Assembly (NCBI GenBank): GCA_965217865.1
Contig: CBDCJO010000002.1
Location: forward strand, 2,144,001-2,208,000
Direction: 5' to 3'
From: Candidatus Latescibacterota bacterium
Lineage (GTDB): Bacteria; Latescibacterota; UBA2968; SICM01
DNA length: 64,000 nt
In this document: positions 40,277-50,303 of the stretch, piece after piece
Layout of the letters: every line of letters begins with the position of its first letter
Position numbering within the stretch: the first letter of the stretch is position 1
Notes under the pieces: model-generated
What the model was told of the DNA's origin: nothing
Databases searched by the model: none
The model's input: the letters and a program-made list of their open reading frames with translations, nothing else
Translations under genes and position numbers: made by a program

Positions 40277-41668
40277 ATGACCATGTCGAAAAAAAGCATC
40301 TTGATCGCTGATGATGAAGCATTGATGCGGGATTCGTTGGAGGCTACCCTTTCCCGGCAATACCGCGTCGACGTGGCCAAGGACGGCAAAGACGCAATCG
40401 CCAAGCTCGATGATTCCGACTATGACCTGATCCTTTCGGATCTCCGCATGCCCGGTGCGTCGGGAATGGATGTTCTGAAAGCGACCCGCCAGAGGCAACC
40501 CGACGCCAAGTTCGTGATGATGACAGCCTACGGCTCTCTGGAGAATCATGCCGAATGCATGAAAGAGGGGGCATTCATCTATGTCATGAAACCCTTCTCC
40601 CCAGTCGAGATAGAGATCGTTGTTGAAAAAGCCTTGGACTACCAACGTCTTTCGGTCGAAAACCGTCAACTTCGATCCGAGCTGGAGTCGCGATTTAGCC
40701 TTGGAAGTCTGATCGGCCGGAGCCCCTGTATGGTGGAGGTCCTGGACCTCATCCGGACGGTGGCCGACAGTCGTTCTACAGCGCTCGTGACTGGGGAGAG
40801 CGGTACTGGCAAGGAACTGGCCGCTCGAGCAATTCACTATAACAGCCCCCGTTTGAATGGCCATTTTATCAAAATCAACTGTGCGGTCCTCCCGAGAGAA
40901 CTGATCGAAAGCGAACTTTTTGGACACGAGAAAGGGGCCTTTACCAGGGCCATCCGACAGACTCGGGGGCGGTTTGAGCTTGCCGATGGTGGCACCCTGC
41001 TCCTGGACGAGATCAGTGAAATCAACCTGTCCCTGCAGGCAAAACTCCTCCGTGTCCTTCAAGAGAGGGAATTCGAACGGGTCGGTGGCCACGACACCAT
41101 CAAGGTGGATGTTCGAATCGTGGCAACCACCAATCGAGACTTGCAGAAGGAGGTTCAGAAAGGACGGTTCCGAGAGGACCTCTTTTATCGTTTACACGTC
41201 ATCCCGATTCACATCCCGCCTCTGTGTGAGCGAAAGGATGATATTCCCGCGCTCGCGGCGCATTTCTTGGAGAAATACACGGAGGAAAACAACAAGCGCA
41301 TTTCGGGGATCTCGGAGAAGGCGATGAAGATGCTGTTGGACTACCATTGGCCTGGAAATGTCCGAGAACTCGAAAACTTCGTCGAAAGAGCAGTGGTCAT
41401 CTGCAAAGATTCCGAAATCGACGAACGTCATATTCCATCCGATCTGTTGACCCGAACCCCTTTGGAAACCTCCGACGATGGCCTCCGGGTTGGGCTCACG
41501 GTCCACGACGTTGAAAGGATGCTTATCTTTAAGACACTCAATGCCCACGGAGGAAACCGGACTGTAGCCGCTCGGGTTCTGGGCATCAGCTCCAGAACCC
41601 TTCGGAACAAGCTCAACGAGTATCGCCAGATGGGTCTCCTGCCGGATATTCTGAAAAAATCGCCATAG
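40277..41668 (+). CDS. Sigma54-dependent response regulator (FlgR/FleR-like)
   Basis: Receiver, GESGTGKE, ESELFGHEKGAFT, WPGNVREL, HTH; directly upstream of flgB. Confidence 0.93.
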   Translation: MTMSKKSILIADDEALMRDSLEATLSRQYRVDVAKDGKDAIAKLDDSDYDLILSDLRMPGASGMDVLKATRQRQPDAKFVMMTAYGSLENHAECMKEGAFIYVMKPFSPVEIEIVVEKALDYQRLSVENRQLRSELESRFSLGSLIGRSPCMVEVLDLIRTVADSRSTALVTGESGTGKELAARAIHYNSPRLNGHFIKINCAVLPRELIESELFGHEKGAFTRAIRQTRGRFELADGGTLLLDEISEINLSLQAKLLRVLQEREFERVGGHDTIKVDVRIVATTNRDLQKEVQKGRFREDLFYRLHVIPIHIPPLCERKDDIPALAAHFLEKYTEENNKRISGISEKAMKMLLDYHWPGNVRELENFVERAVVICKDSEIDERHIPSDLLTRTPLETSDDGLRVGLTVHDVERMLIFKTLNAHGGNRTVAARVLGISSRTLRNKLNEYRQMGLLPDILKKSP

Positions 41669-41848
41669 GGATCGCGGTCATTTTTGCGGAAAGCCGTTCC
41701 ACTGAAGGAAAGTCTTTCCCTTTAAGTCCACCCCAGAAATTCAGAATCAACCCGGGACTCAACCCGGAATGATCGGAAAAATCGAGAAATACCAATATAT
41801 TAGGGCGGATGTTCTGCTCAGAGCTCCCGCCTTTTTTCTTTGTCAAAA

Positions 41849-41864
41849 CGGCACATCAGTTGCT
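41849..41864 (+). promoter_or_regulatory. sigma54 promoter of the flgB operon
   Basis: CGGCAC-N5-TTGCT. Confidence 0.8.
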
Positions 41865-41980
41865 CTATGCCTTGAAGACATCGATCATAGATCATTTCAA
41901 GACAAATTGAACCACGAGGTTGTCGGGGTAAGATCCGGCGCCTTCCCGTGGTCAGATGGCCATCGAGAAACGAGGAAACC

Positions 41981-42406
41981 GTGGGCGTTCGCGACCTGAT
42001 TGTCGGCAAAACTAACATCCCGCTTCTTACCCGGATGTTGGATGTTACCTCCCTTCGGCATCGGGCCATCACAAACAACATCGCAAACGTGAACACGATC
42101 AATTATCGTCGTAAGGACGTGGATTTCGAAAGCTACCTCAGAAAGCTTGTGATGAAGGATGGTGTGAAAGGCGTTCGAACCGATTCCCGACACATTCCGA
42201 TCGGTGAAGCCGATCATTCATCCCTCCCCCGCATTTACGAACCCAAGCGGGGGCCCAATACTTCAGGTCAAAACGACGTGGACATCGACAAAGAAATGGC
42301 CAACCTTGCACAGAATCATCTCTTGTATAACGCCAGTGTGAGGCTGATTGCAGGTTCTTTCTCTGGTATTCGGAAGAGCATCGTCGGTTCGCCGGATGCC
42401 CGATAA
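41981..42406 (+). CDS. flgB: Flagellar basal-body rod protein FlgB
   Basis: NNIANVNT..YRRKDV.F, NDVDIDKEM..LAQN. Confidence 0.95.
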   Translation: MGVRDLIVGKTNIPLLTRMLDVTSLRHRAITNNIANVNTINYRRKDVDFESYLRKLVMKDGVKGVRTDSRHIPIGEADHSSLPRIYEPKRGPNTSGQNDVDIDKEMANLAQNHLLYNASVRLIAGSFSGIRKSIVGSPDAR

Positions 42407-42497
42407 GTCAAAAGCGATTCCTTAAGATCCTACGCTTGAGAGGATGATTTAACGGCTCAGAACATCTGAAAAAATTAACTCCTTCCACGAGGTCTCC

Positions 42498-42989
42498 ATG
42501 GCCGTCTTCGACACCATGAGTATCAGCTCGACCGGGCTGTCCGCCCAGCGTCGGAAGCTTAACGCCATCGCCAGCAACATCGCCAACGCCGATACGACGC
42601 GGACCGACGAGGGAGGTCCCTACAAGCGGAAGCGTATCCTGATGATGGAGGCCCCGAACCCAAAGCGATTTTCAACCCTGCTCCGGGAACAGAAGGATAA
42701 GCTGATCCTGACGGACTCCGGCCACCTCCAAGCCACGGGTACCCGAAGCTTCGCCGAGCTCCTGGGTTCGGGAGTGGATACCCAGGAAATCCGGGAGGAG
42801 CCGATAGAGCCTCGTCTCGTCTACGATCCTTCCCATCCTGATGCTCGTGCGGACGGATATGTTGTTTTTCCCGACATCAACATCATCACCGAGATCGTCG
42901 ATATGATCACAGCGTCCCGGGCTTATGAGGCCAACGTCACCACCCTGGACACATCGAAGAACATGTTCAGTCGGGCGCTCGAGATCTAA
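42498..42989 (+). CDS. flgC: Flagellar basal-body rod protein FlgC
   Basis: SNIANADTTR, YDPSHPDA, ASRAYEAN. Confidence 0.97.
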   Translation: MAVFDTMSISSTGLSAQRRKLNAIASNIANADTTRTDEGGPYKRKRILMMEAPNPKRFSTLLREQKDKLILTDSGHLQATGTRSFAELLGSGVDTQEIREEPIEPRLVYDPSHPDARADGYVVFPDINIITEIVDMITASRAYEANVTTLDTSKNMFSRALEI

Positions 42990-43037
42990 AGGACTAAAAG
43001 GAAAGGTTTGGGGGCCATTTGCCCCTGGAAGGAAATC

Positions 43038-43355
43038 ATGCGAATCAATCCGTCACAATCCGGTGTCTACACCCGGGAAATCCTCCGTAGCCCAACGGAG
43101 GTAGATTCGAGGGAACTCCCGAAGGACCATCCGATTGTTCCACCTCCCCGATCTGACAACGGACCTCGGACCCTTAAAGAAACGGGTACCATCCAAGGGG
43201 TCCTTACCCCAGAGGAATCCAGTTTCATCTCTGGGCTTTTCCCCTCCCGGGCAGGAGAAGAGGGGGGCGACTCAAAACCTGGTCGCTTGTATTCCCACGG
43301 AGGCCGTCGAACCCTCGGAGCGTTACCTGGCGTCCAACTCGACCTGAAAGCCTGA
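43038..43355 (+). CDS. Hypothetical protein in flagellar operon
   Basis: GGAAGG RBS, co-oriented, ends G..LDLKA. Confidence 0.6.
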   Translation: MRINPSQSGVYTREILRSPTEVDSRELPKDHPIVPPPRSDNGPRTLKETGTIQGVLTPEESSFISGLFPSRAGEEGGDSKPGRLYSHGGRRTLGALPGVQLDLKA

Positions 43356-43371
43356 CAAACCTGGAGACCGC

Positions 43372-44157
43372 ATGCCCATTCCGAAGAAGTCGTTGACCCT
43401 TTTTAGCCTTTTACTTATCTTTTTCATGACACACGATTCGGATGCCTTTCAACCGGAGGATCGGAATCATATCCAAGGGATCCGCCGCCGCATTGAACAG
43501 CGGAGCGTGGGGGTAAAGCGGTACACAATGCTGTTGAACACCCGTCTGGTTAAAAAGGATATTGCCCGGCGCAGCTACGACCTGGACATCATCGCAAGTC
43601 TTTTGGACCAAAGCCTCTCCCGGGTTATCCCTACCTCACGATCACATCCGGGCTCCTCTTTCCCACAGCGGGACAGACCTGCTGGGCCAAGCCCGGGTTT
43701 CAAGTCGGCTCAGGCATCGGGGGTCGACCCGAAAATCCTAAACCGGATAGACCGTTTCGACCCGCAAATCCTCAAGCACAGCCGAGAACTTGGCATCGAC
43801 CCGAACCTGACCCGCGCAATCATATACGTGGAGTCGGCAGGCCGTCCGCACGCAGTCTCACCCCAAGGGGCAAAGGGACTGATGCAACTGTTGCCGAGCA
43901 CCGCTGCCGATCTTGGCATTCACAATCTGTTTGACCCCGGCCAGAACATTCGCGCAGGGACGCGATATTTGCGGATCCTTTTGAACAGGTTTCGAAATGT
44001 GAAGCTGGCCCTCTGGGGTTACAACGCCGGACCGGGGTCCGTTAAACGGAACAAGTTCCCTCTCGAAACGCGTCGCTACATCCCGAAAGTCCTGCGGGTG
44101 AAGGCGGTGCTGGATCGAATCCAGGAAAAGACTCGGAAAACCCAAACACAAAGCTAG
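43372..44157 (+). CDS. Lytic transglycosylase (SLT domain)
   Basis: ES.G.P.AVS..GA.GLMQL, YNAG, ET..Y. Confidence 0.92.
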   Translation: MPIPKKSLTLFSLLLIFFMTHDSDAFQPEDRNHIQGIRRRIEQRSVGVKRYTMLLNTRLVKKDIARRSYDLDIIASLLDQSLSRVIPTSRSHPGSSFPQRDRPAGPSPGFKSAQASGVDPKILNRIDRFDPQILKHSRELGIDPNLTRAIIYVESAGRPHAVSPQGAKGLMQLLPSTAADLGIHNLFDPGQNIRAGTRYLRILLNRFRNVKLALWGYNAGPGSVKRNKFPLETRRYIPKVLRVKAVLDRIQEKTRKTQTQS

Positions 44158-44171
44158 GTGTCGCTTATCTC

Positions 44172-44519
44172 ATGCCGATAACATCTATCACATCATCGAT
44201 CGAATCGCCTGAAGGGCGAGCCTCAAGGATCTTTGAAGAGAAGGGTGTTTCCCCCCGTGTCCTGAGCCCCGCAGAGCCGGAAGGGTCCGAGCAAATCGAA
44301 ACCGGATTCGAAGAGCTGGTGAAGGGGTTTGTCAGCGACGTCAATCATCTCCAGCTTAGGAGCGGCCAAGCTGTTAAAGCACTCGCAGCGGGCGAGGTCA
44401 CCGATGTGCATCAGGTGATGGTGGCCGTGTCCGAGGCGGGATTGGCTTTTGATCTCCTGTTGCAGATTCGAAACCGGGTCACCGAGGCCTTTCAGGAAGT
44501 CATGCGAATGCAGGTTTGA
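44172..44519 (+). CDS. fliE: Flagellar hook-basal body protein FliE
   Basis: DVHQVMVA, IRNR...AFQEVMRMQV. Confidence 0.95.
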   Translation: MPITSITSSIESPEGRASRIFEEKGVSPRVLSPAEPEGSEQIETGFEELVKGFVSDVNHLQLRSGQAVKALAAGEVTDVHQVMVAVSEAGLAFDLLLQIRNRVTEAFQEVMRMQV

Positions 44520-44540
44520 TATTAGGGTTAAAAAATCACT

Positions 44541-46037
44541 ATGGAAAACATACGCGTGTACATCGATAAGCTCGTCGAATTTTTTGGTGGGCTAACTCGC
44601 AATCAGAAGATTGCGGCAGGAGGAGGGGGGGCGGTTCTCCTGATCTTCCTCCTGCTCTTTTCCTTCCGCGGGGAAGAAACGACCGATCTTGCTCCCCTCT
44701 ACACCGATCTGGAGCCGGCCGAGGCAGGTGAAATTGTTGCCCGTCTCCGACAGATGGAACAACCCTACCAAGTCCTGGCGGGGGGGTCAATCGTCCTGGC
44801 GGACGAAGATCAGGTCGATGACCTGCGCGTCCTTCTCGCAGCCGAAGGCCTTCCCCAGAGCGGATTGATCGGTTACAAATTGTTCGACGAAGCCAAGCTG
44901 GGCATGACCGATTTCCTCCAGAAGGTGAACAACCAGAGGGCCATGCAGGATGAGATCGCCAAGACCCTCACCACCATCCAGTGGGTCAGAGGCGCTCGGG
45001 TACAGCTGAGCATCCCCGAGCCGAGCCTGTTCACGGAGACCGAAAAACCTGTCACCGCATCGATCATGATCCAGGTCAAGCGGGGATTCGTACCCGAAGT
45101 CAACCAGGTCAAGGGGATCTCCCTCCTGGTTGCACGCGCAGTGCCCGGGCTGCGTGAAAAAAACGTCACCATCGTGGACAACACCGGAAGACTCCTGACC
45201 GAGGAGGCAGATCCCCTTGCGCGCCAGGCCTCCAGACAGCTCGATATGCAGCGGAACGTGGAGTCATACCTCGAGAAAAAGGCTTCTGCTGTCTTGGAGC
45301 GGATCACCGGAAAGTCCGACAGGTTTTCGGTCAAGGTCTCCGTCGATCTGGACTTCGATCAGGCAGAGCGCACCATCGAAAGTTTTGACCCACAGAACAC
45401 CGTTCTGCGAAGCGAAGAGCGTAACGAGGAATCCTCCGCCGAAGCGGGAACCAAAGAGCGGACGATCTCAAACTATGAGATCACCAAAAACGTCTCCAGA
45501 ATGGTGAACGCACCGGGAGTCGTCAAGCGCCGCTCCATATCCGTGATCCTCGAAACCCCATTGGACCCGGATACCGAGACCCTTATCCCGATTCCACAGG
45601 AGGATGTGGACAAGGTCGAACGTGCGATTAAGGCCGCCGTCGGGTATGACGAGCAGAGAGGCGATCACTTCTCCATCGAACAGATGGCCTTCGATCGCAC
45701 CGCACGTCTGAAGGAACAGGAAGCGGAAGCGGCGGTTGAGCGGGGTGAACTGGTTACGGAGATCGTTCTGAACGTGGCCAAGGGTGTGGCCATCATCATC
45801 GCCCTTCTGGTCCTGAGGGCCATCATCGGGGCGATAGGGCGCGGGGTTGCCCGGGAGGAGGAGATCGCAGCCGCGGCAGTGGAGGGCGTGAGTGAGGAGA
45901 CGGCCGAACCTATTCCCGAAACCCCTCACGAAATCACCCTGGGCCGCATCGCGGAGATGATATCCGAACGGCCTGAGGACGCAGCAAAACTCATCAGAAC
46001 GATGCTGCTTGAAGAAGCGGCGGCAGGGGGGGCGTAA
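44541..46037 (+). CDS. fliF: Flagellar M-ring protein FliF
   Basis: GYKLFD...GMTDF, ARV.L.IP..SLF, NYEI, AAVGYD..RGD, PEDAAKLIR. Confidence 0.95.
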   Translation: MENIRVYIDKLVEFFGGLTRNQKIAAGGGGAVLLIFLLLFSFRGEETTDLAPLYTDLEPAEAGEIVARLRQMEQPYQVLAGGSIVLADEDQVDDLRVLLAAEGLPQSGLIGYKLFDEAKLGMTDFLQKVNNQRAMQDEIAKTLTTIQWVRGARVQLSIPEPSLFTETEKPVTASIMIQVKRGFVPEVNQVKGISLLVARAVPGLREKNVTIVDNTGRLLTEEADPLARQASRQLDMQRNVESYLEKKASAVLERITGKSDRFSVKVSVDLDFDQAERTIESFDPQNTVLRSEERNEESSAEAGTKERTISNYEITKNVSRMVNAPGVVKRRSISVILETPLDPDTETLIPIPQEDVDKVERAIKAAVGYDEQRGDHFSIEQMAFDRTARLKEQEAEAAVERGELVTEIVLNVAKGVAIIIALLVLRAIIGAIGRGVAREEEIAAAAVEGVSEETAEPIPETPHEITLGRIAEMISERPEDAAKLIRTMLLEEAAAGGA

Positions 46038-46067
46038 ACGACCCTTCGTCAACTGGATAAACGCTCC

Positions 46068-46829
46068 ATGGCCATCACACAGCGAATCATCAGAACCCCC
46101 AGGGTCTCTGAACGGACATTCATCCTCACCGTTGAATCGGGTCGCGAAGAAGAGGAGGATGAAGTTCCAGAAGAGGAAGGCCTGGACGAAGAGCCCCAGG
46201 AAGAAACGAACGAAGTCCAGGAGGAGCCTGAGCCCGAGCAAAGACCTTCCGCCTTGGAGGTGGAGACACTCGTCCAGGAGCGGCTCAAGTCATTCGAGGA
46301 GCGCTATCAGCAGGAAAAAGAAAACGCCTACAAGTCCGGCTTTGAGGACGGCCGAACCCAGGGCCTGAAAGAAGGTCGGGCGGAGAGCAATGAAGCCATC
46401 GATCGGCTCGCAGAAGTCGTGGAGGCCTTTCAGGAACACCAGAAAGCACTTGTCCAGGAAAACGAGGAAGCGGTTGTCGATCTGGCCGTTTCCGTGGCAC
46501 AAAGGATCGTGGGGCCCGCTGTCCAGACGCGCCGTGAGCCCGTCCTGTTGGCCGTGTCCGACTGCCTGGGTTATCTTCGTGACCGGTCTCGGGTCACGGT
46601 TAAGGTAAATCCGAAAGACCTGGAAATGGTCAAACAGAACCGTCAGCAATGGTTGGAGGGAATCGAGGGAATCGGTAGCATTAACTTTGAGGGCGACGAC
46701 GCCATCTCCCGCGGGGGATGCGTGGTTGAAACCGACTCCGGTGACGTGGACGCTCTAATCGAGCAGCGCCTCTCGATGCTGCAGACAGCCCTGTTGGAAG
46801 AGGTCCGTGCTGCCGGAATTAAAGGTTGA
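46068..46829 (+). CDS. fliH: Flagellar assembly protein FliH
   Basis: AxxxGxxxGxxxG repeats, VNPKD, GGCVVET..G.VDA. Confidence 0.93.
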   Translation: MAITQRIIRTPRVSERTFILTVESGREEEEDEVPEEEGLDEEPQEETNEVQEEPEPEQRPSALEVETLVQERLKSFEERYQQEKENAYKSGFEDGRTQGLKEGRAESNEAIDRLAEVVEAFQEHQKALVQENEEAVVDLAVSVAQRIVGPAVQTRREPVLLAVSDCLGYLRDRSRVTVKVNPKDLEMVKQNRQQWLEGIEGIGSINFEGDDAISRGGCVVETDSGDVDALIEQRLSMLQTALLEEVRAAGIKG

Positions 46830-46863
46830 CCCACACCAGACGGGATCCATAGGAAGGGGGGAT

Positions 46864-47412
46864 ATGAATCTCGAGGCCCTGTTGGAGACGGCCAAGACGG
46901 CGGAGTCTATCCGGTTGCTTGAGAAAGTCAACAAGATGGTCGGGCTGGTCATCGAATCCAACGGTCCGTTGGTCTCTGTTGGGGAGTTGTGCGAAATTCG
47001 CAGCAGCACCGGGGGCACGCGCGTGGATGCCGAAGTGGTGGGGTTCCGGGACAACAAAGTCCTGCTTATGCCCCTCGGTTACGTGGATGGCGTTGACCCG
47101 GGGAGCACGGTGACCCCCAGTCAGGAACCGTTCTCTGTCCGCGTCGGAAATGAACTCCTCGGGAGGGTGCTCAACGGACTGGGTCGACCCATCGACGATA
47201 AAGGACCGATCTCCCCGAAAGCTAAGAGACCCGCGAACGGATTGCCACCGGACCCCCTTCGCCGCCAACGCATCCAGGAACGGCTAGGCACCGGAATCCG
47301 ATCGATCGACGCCCTGGTCACCTGTGGCCGAGGGCAGAGAGTGGGAATCTTTGCCGGGAGCGGGGTCGGAAAAAGCGTCTTGATGGGGATGATAGCCCGC
47401 AACGCGGGGGCG
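46864..47412 (+). pseudogene. fliI: Flagellar ATPase FliI, N-terminal part only
   Basis: LGRVLNGLG.PID, GQRVGIFAGSGVGKS; ends at MIARNAGA just after Walker A. Confidence 0.92.
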
Positions 47413-48591
47413 ATTCAGTTCAGGGCGACAGAGGGAGGCCAGACCATTACCAGCCTCTCCATCACCACGGTGAATACCGCCCTTGAAACGGCCCTCGGGC
47501 TGGGTGCCCCCACCATTGTGGCCGGGGCCGTGGCAGATGCCACGGACAACCTGAACGACCTGGCCCAGGTCGGGTTTAAACTCAACGATGGGGACAAAAT
47601 CGTCTTCACCGGGTCCCGGCTCGACGGCTCGGCCTTCCAGGGGGAGTTTGTGTTCGACACCACCACGGCCTCGGACGCCCAGAGCCTGCTCACAAAAATC
47701 GCGAACGCATTCGGTGGCGGGGTGACCGGGACGCTCGACACCTCGACCGGCGCGATCGTGCTGACCAACCCGGACGGGACCAATGTCACGGGTTTTACGA
47801 TCAACTTAGCGCTCGACGATGCGGACATCACGTCCACAACGCCGGCCAGCGGCTTTAACTCCCCGACGTCGTTCGCCACGCACAAGATCAGCACGTCGAT
47901 CTTCGACGCGCAGGGCAGGAAGCGAGTCCTTGACGTCCGGCTCGTGTAGTCGCCGGTCGCCAACACCTGGTTCTACACCGCAACCGTCGATAAGCTCCTC
48001 CCGGCAGAAGGCGGCGGTGGGAAGGTGACCTTCCAGAGCGACGGTACGATCAACACCTTCATCCCGACGGAGGGGCAGGGGAAAAAGTTGACCGTCACGG
48101 CTCTCCCGGGTGAAGTCGGGCCGCTCAGCATCGACCTGAGCGGCCTGTCCAGCCCGGACCGGGGCATCACCGGACTGACGCAGTTCTCCGCTCCCTTCAC
48201 CGCCGGAGGCGTCGATCAGGACGGCCGGAACAGCGGTCGCCTTGAGAATGTCTTCATCGACACCAAGGGTGTGATCAAGGGCCGGTTCACCAACGGTGAG
48301 ACGGTCGATCGTGGCCGCATCATCGTGGCAGGCGTCAACAACCCCGGCGGCCTCCAGCGGGCGGGCAGCAACCTGTTCACCGCGACTGGCAACGCCGGGC
48401 CGCTCCGCAAGGAGATCGCCACGGAGACCATTGCCACCCGAATCCTGGCGGGTTCGCTGGAACTATCCAACGTGGACCTCGCCAGAGAGCTTTCGGAGCT
48501 GATCATCGCCCAGAGGGGGTTCCAGGCAAACGCCAGGACCGTCACAACGGCCGATGAACTCCTCCAGGAAACCGTGGCTTTGAAGCGATAA
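47401..48591 (+). pseudogene. flgE: Flagellar hook protein FlgE, C-terminal part, with in-frame TAG
   Basis: STSIFDAQG, DQDG, FTNG, LELSNVDLA..LIIAQRGFQANARTVTTADELLQE..LKR; TAG at 47947-47949; same frame as fliI. Confidence 0.92.
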
Positions 48592-48604
48592 CCTTAATCC
48601 CTTA

Positions 48605-49501
48605 GGTGATTGAGTAGATATTGGCACCAGCGTATATTAATAATATGCTGGTAATTAATCCACTTAAGTTAGCAAATGACTGCAAGATAAGTAGGGCCTA
48701 TTTTCGTGCAGCCCGTTGGGGTGGAAAAAGGCGATGTCCAAGCTGCGATTATCAGCGCAGGTTGCCCTTATTAAAAGACGATCGGTTCAGGTGTTCACGG
48801 TGTGGATATCGGTTTAAAGATTTCACGGGCACTTATCTTGAAAGGCTTCGAATTTCATTTGACGAGCTTGCCCATTTACTTTATCTGTTTGTATTGGGAG
48901 TGCCCTCTTACCGATCCAGGCACTACCTGTCCGTATCGCTGAAAACGGCTCAGCGGATTTATACCACGTTTCGCCAGGCCATCTACGATCATAGCTTTAC
49001 GGACCAGGTGCTTTGGGGTGAGATCGAGTTGGACGAGGCGATGTATGGAGGTCATCATAAGGGTAAGCGTGGATGGGGAGCAGCCGGAAAACACTTGGTT
49101 TTCGGGCTTTATCAGAGGAACGGAAAAGTCCTCACCTTTCCCATTCCGGATCGAAGTCGAAACACCCTTACACCGCTTGTGACCTCACACACCAAAGCAG
49201 GCAGTCTATACTACACCGATGACTGGCACGCCTACACTTGGCTGTCAGTCAAAGGTGACCACGTGGTTGTTCGAAAAGAAGAAGGGGTGCCCAAAGGCAA
49301 AGGCCGACATCACATCAATGGCATCGAAGGCTTCTGGAGTTTTTCTAAAAATTGGCTATATCAATACAGAGGAATCCCTCGACATCATTTCCATTTATAC
49401 CTGAAGGAAACAGAGTTCAGATTCAACCAGGAAGACGAGGATCTCTTCCCAATTATTGCTTCATATCTGGTGAATCTGGTACCAATATCTTCCTAATTAC
49501 C
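48605..49501 (+). mobile_element. IS1595-family insertion sequence (897 bp)
   Basis: Imperfect 26-bp IRs (GGTGATTGAGTAGATATTGGCACCAG / GGTAATTAGGAAGATATTGGTACCAG); 8-bp TSD ATCCCTTA at 48597-48604 and 49502-49509. Confidence 0.95.
48645..49496 (+). CDS. IS1595-family (ISXO2-like) transposase
   Basis: Zn ribbon CPSC..CSRC, IELDE, YTDDW..Y, HINGIEGFWS, YLKE.EFRFN. Confidence 0.95.
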   Translation: MLVINPLKLANDCKISRAYFRAARWGGKRRCPSCDYQRRLPLLKDDRFRCSRCGYRFKDFTGTYLERLRISFDELAHLLYLFVLGVPSYRSRHYLSVSLKTAQRIYTTFRQAIYDHSFTDQVLWGEIELDEAMYGGHHKGKRGWGAAGKHLVFGLYQRNGKVLTFPIPDRSRNTLTPLVTSHTKAGSLYYTDDWHAYTWLSVKGDHVVVRKEEGVPKGKGRHHINGIEGFWSFSKNWLYQYRGIPRHHFHLYLKETEFRFNQEDEDLFPIIASYLVNLVPISS

Positions 49502-49511
49502 ATCCCTTAAC

Positions 49512-49545
49512 CCATCAGGGGCGCGGATACCCGCGCCCCTGATGG
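49512..49545 (+). terminator. Strong hairpin, likely original flgE terminator
   Basis: CCATCAGGGGCGCGG-ATAC-CCGCGCCCCTGATGG. Confidence 0.75.
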
Positions 49546-49566
49546 TTCATATTTCAGGAGAGGCGT

Positions 49567-49867
49567 ATGATCAAAATCACCCGAATCCCCCCCTGCTCAC
49601 CCGGCCTTCGATGCCGGCATAGACGTTCCACAGGAAAACATAAACCGGCTCCTCGATGTCCAGCTCACGATCCAGATCGAACTGGGAAATGTTGACAAAC
49701 CGATTCAGGAAATCCTGGGCTGGGCGGAGGGTTCTCTGATTGAGCTGGATAAAATCGCCGGAGAGCCAGTGGATGTACTCGCCAACGGAAGAGTGTTTGC
49801 AATGGGTGAAGTCGTGGTCATCGCTGAGAACTTCGGCGTTCGGATCACCTCGATGAATAATCGTTAA
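49567..49867 (+). pseudogene. fliN: flbD start (MIKITR) joined out of frame to the FliN/FliY C-terminal SpoA domain
   Basis: AGGAG RBS + ATGATCAAAATCACCCGA; other frame [52 protein letters not shown] without own start. Confidence 0.88.
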
Positions 49868-50303
49868 GGATCACGATCCCACTGAAAAAAACCATAAGAT
49901 CTTCGGAGACTCGGGAGGTTCTTGCAAACCGAGGGCTAATCGACTAAATTCATCGCGGTCGGCGCGCACAGAATTTGGGTGAGGATTAACCCGCCAAGAT
50001 GTGTAATCCTTCCTGATTTTCTTTAATCTCCTTCTGAATGATCGAAGCCCTTCCGGAGCCTTTTTTGGGCGGTCCCGAAGGGTTTTGCAATTCCAAACCG
50101 CCACGTCCTGCGGGGAAGCCTGCGGGTTCTGGTCCAAAAACCCCATCGTCGAGTTTGGATTGATCCGATTATTTCATTAGATTGTTAGAATTTCCGCTCC
50201 TTTGGGCCCACGCTGATGGCCGTCATTCGAAAAGGAAACGATATGCAAGCGGTTTATGGATGGATGCCGTGTTCTTTCGTCAACCCCGTGAGGAGACCCC
50301 CTG

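Noticed and set aside
47947-47949. In-frame TAG in flgE as pyrrolysine or readthrough
   Set aside because: The gene is already truncated by a deletion and no pyl genes are in view; a simple nonsense mutation is more parsimonious.
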